Shown: positions 63,746-64,000 of the stretch, in pieces
Layout of the letters: each line of letters begins with the position of its first letter
Numbering within the stretch: the first letter of the stretch is position 1
Assembly: GCA_016784605.1 (NCBI GenBank)
Contig: JADHUI010000001.1
Location: 27,543-91,542 of the forward strand
Reading direction: 5' to 3'
DNA length: 64,000 nucleotides
DNA from: Fidelibacterota bacterium
Lineage (GTDB): Bacteria > Fidelibacterota > Marinisomatia > Marinisomatales > UBA1611
Made by a program: the position numbers and the translations under genes
The notes under the pieces: generated by a model
Seen by the model: the letters and a program-made list of their open reading frames with translations, nothing else
What the model was told of the DNA's origin: nothing
Databases searched by the model: none

Positions 63746-64000
63746 ATGAAAAAAACAAATACAATCAATTTGGGCGGAATCATATTTCACATAGATGAAG
63801 ATGCCTTTATTCAGTTACAGAATTATCTTAATACAATACGAGATCATTTTTCAATATCAGATGGTCAAAATGAAATTGTAAACGATATTGAATCCCGGAT
63901 CGCTGAAATTATGCAAGAAAAGAAGATTGGTATTATTACAAAGACCGAAGTGGACGATGTGATTGCAATCATGGGTAAACCGGAAGAATATGGTTTGGAT
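63746..64000 (+). CDS. PadR-associated protein, N-terminal 85 codons (PspC-domain-protein-like N-terminus); truncated by the window end
   Basis: My translation reads MKKTNTINLGGIIFHIDEDAFIQLQNYLNTIRDHF...DVIAIMGKPEEYGLD. It starts 5 bp after the padR stop. It resembles the N-terminal module of PspC-domain proteins that follow PadR genes in FCB genomes (from memory). Confidence 0.55.
   Translation, partial: MKKTNTINLGGIIFHIDEDAFIQLQNYLNTIRDHFSISDGQNEIVNDIESRIAEIMQEKKIGIITKTEVDDVIAIMGKPEEYGLD

Overview
This is a chromosomal, origin-proximal segment: mnmE-yidC-rpmH lies divergent from dnaA, with two DnaA boxes in the spacer. The host is an AT-rich bacterium that uses a type IX secretion system (T9SS). 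Eight proteins in the window end in the NYPNPFNP-type T9SS C-terminal sorting domain (CTD). Clear Shine-Dalgarno sequences (AAGGAG, GAGGAGG) precede many genes, which suggests an FCB-superphylum lineage outside classical Bacteroidia. No finer assignment is possible from the sequence alone. I found no rRNA, tRNA, CRISPR, transposase or integrase. Content: (1) housekeeping genes (dnaA, ssb, plsC-like, ppc, pyk, mltB-like); (2) three giant secreted multidomain T9SS proteins of 1727, 2203 and 2194 aa; (3) an HTH-PAS regulator followed by small secreted or outer-membrane proteins and an FGE-like enzyme; (4) two Tat-signal oxidoreductases; (5) a cupredoxin-like/dockerin/cohesin T9SS protein next to a di-haem peroxidase; (6) a complete reductive pyrimidine catabolism cluster; (7) a secreted endonuclease-I protein plus an ENPP-type phosphodiesterase. 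The most interesting observation is that the two ~7 kb giant adhesin genes behind ppc each sit in a cassette bounded by a copy of the last 36-45 bp of ppc. There are three copies in total, all keeping frame and stop codon, and they share an identical 29-bp core. The cassettes have related left ends and ~98% identical 345-bp right ends (CTD plus hairpin), while the gene bodies are unrelated. This is the footprint of serial site-specific integration at a gene 3' end, yet no recombinase is present in the window. The second cassette also carries a perfect 5x 8-bp tandem repeat in its promoter region. All coordinates, identities and motif calls come from manual reading, with no database search or computation.
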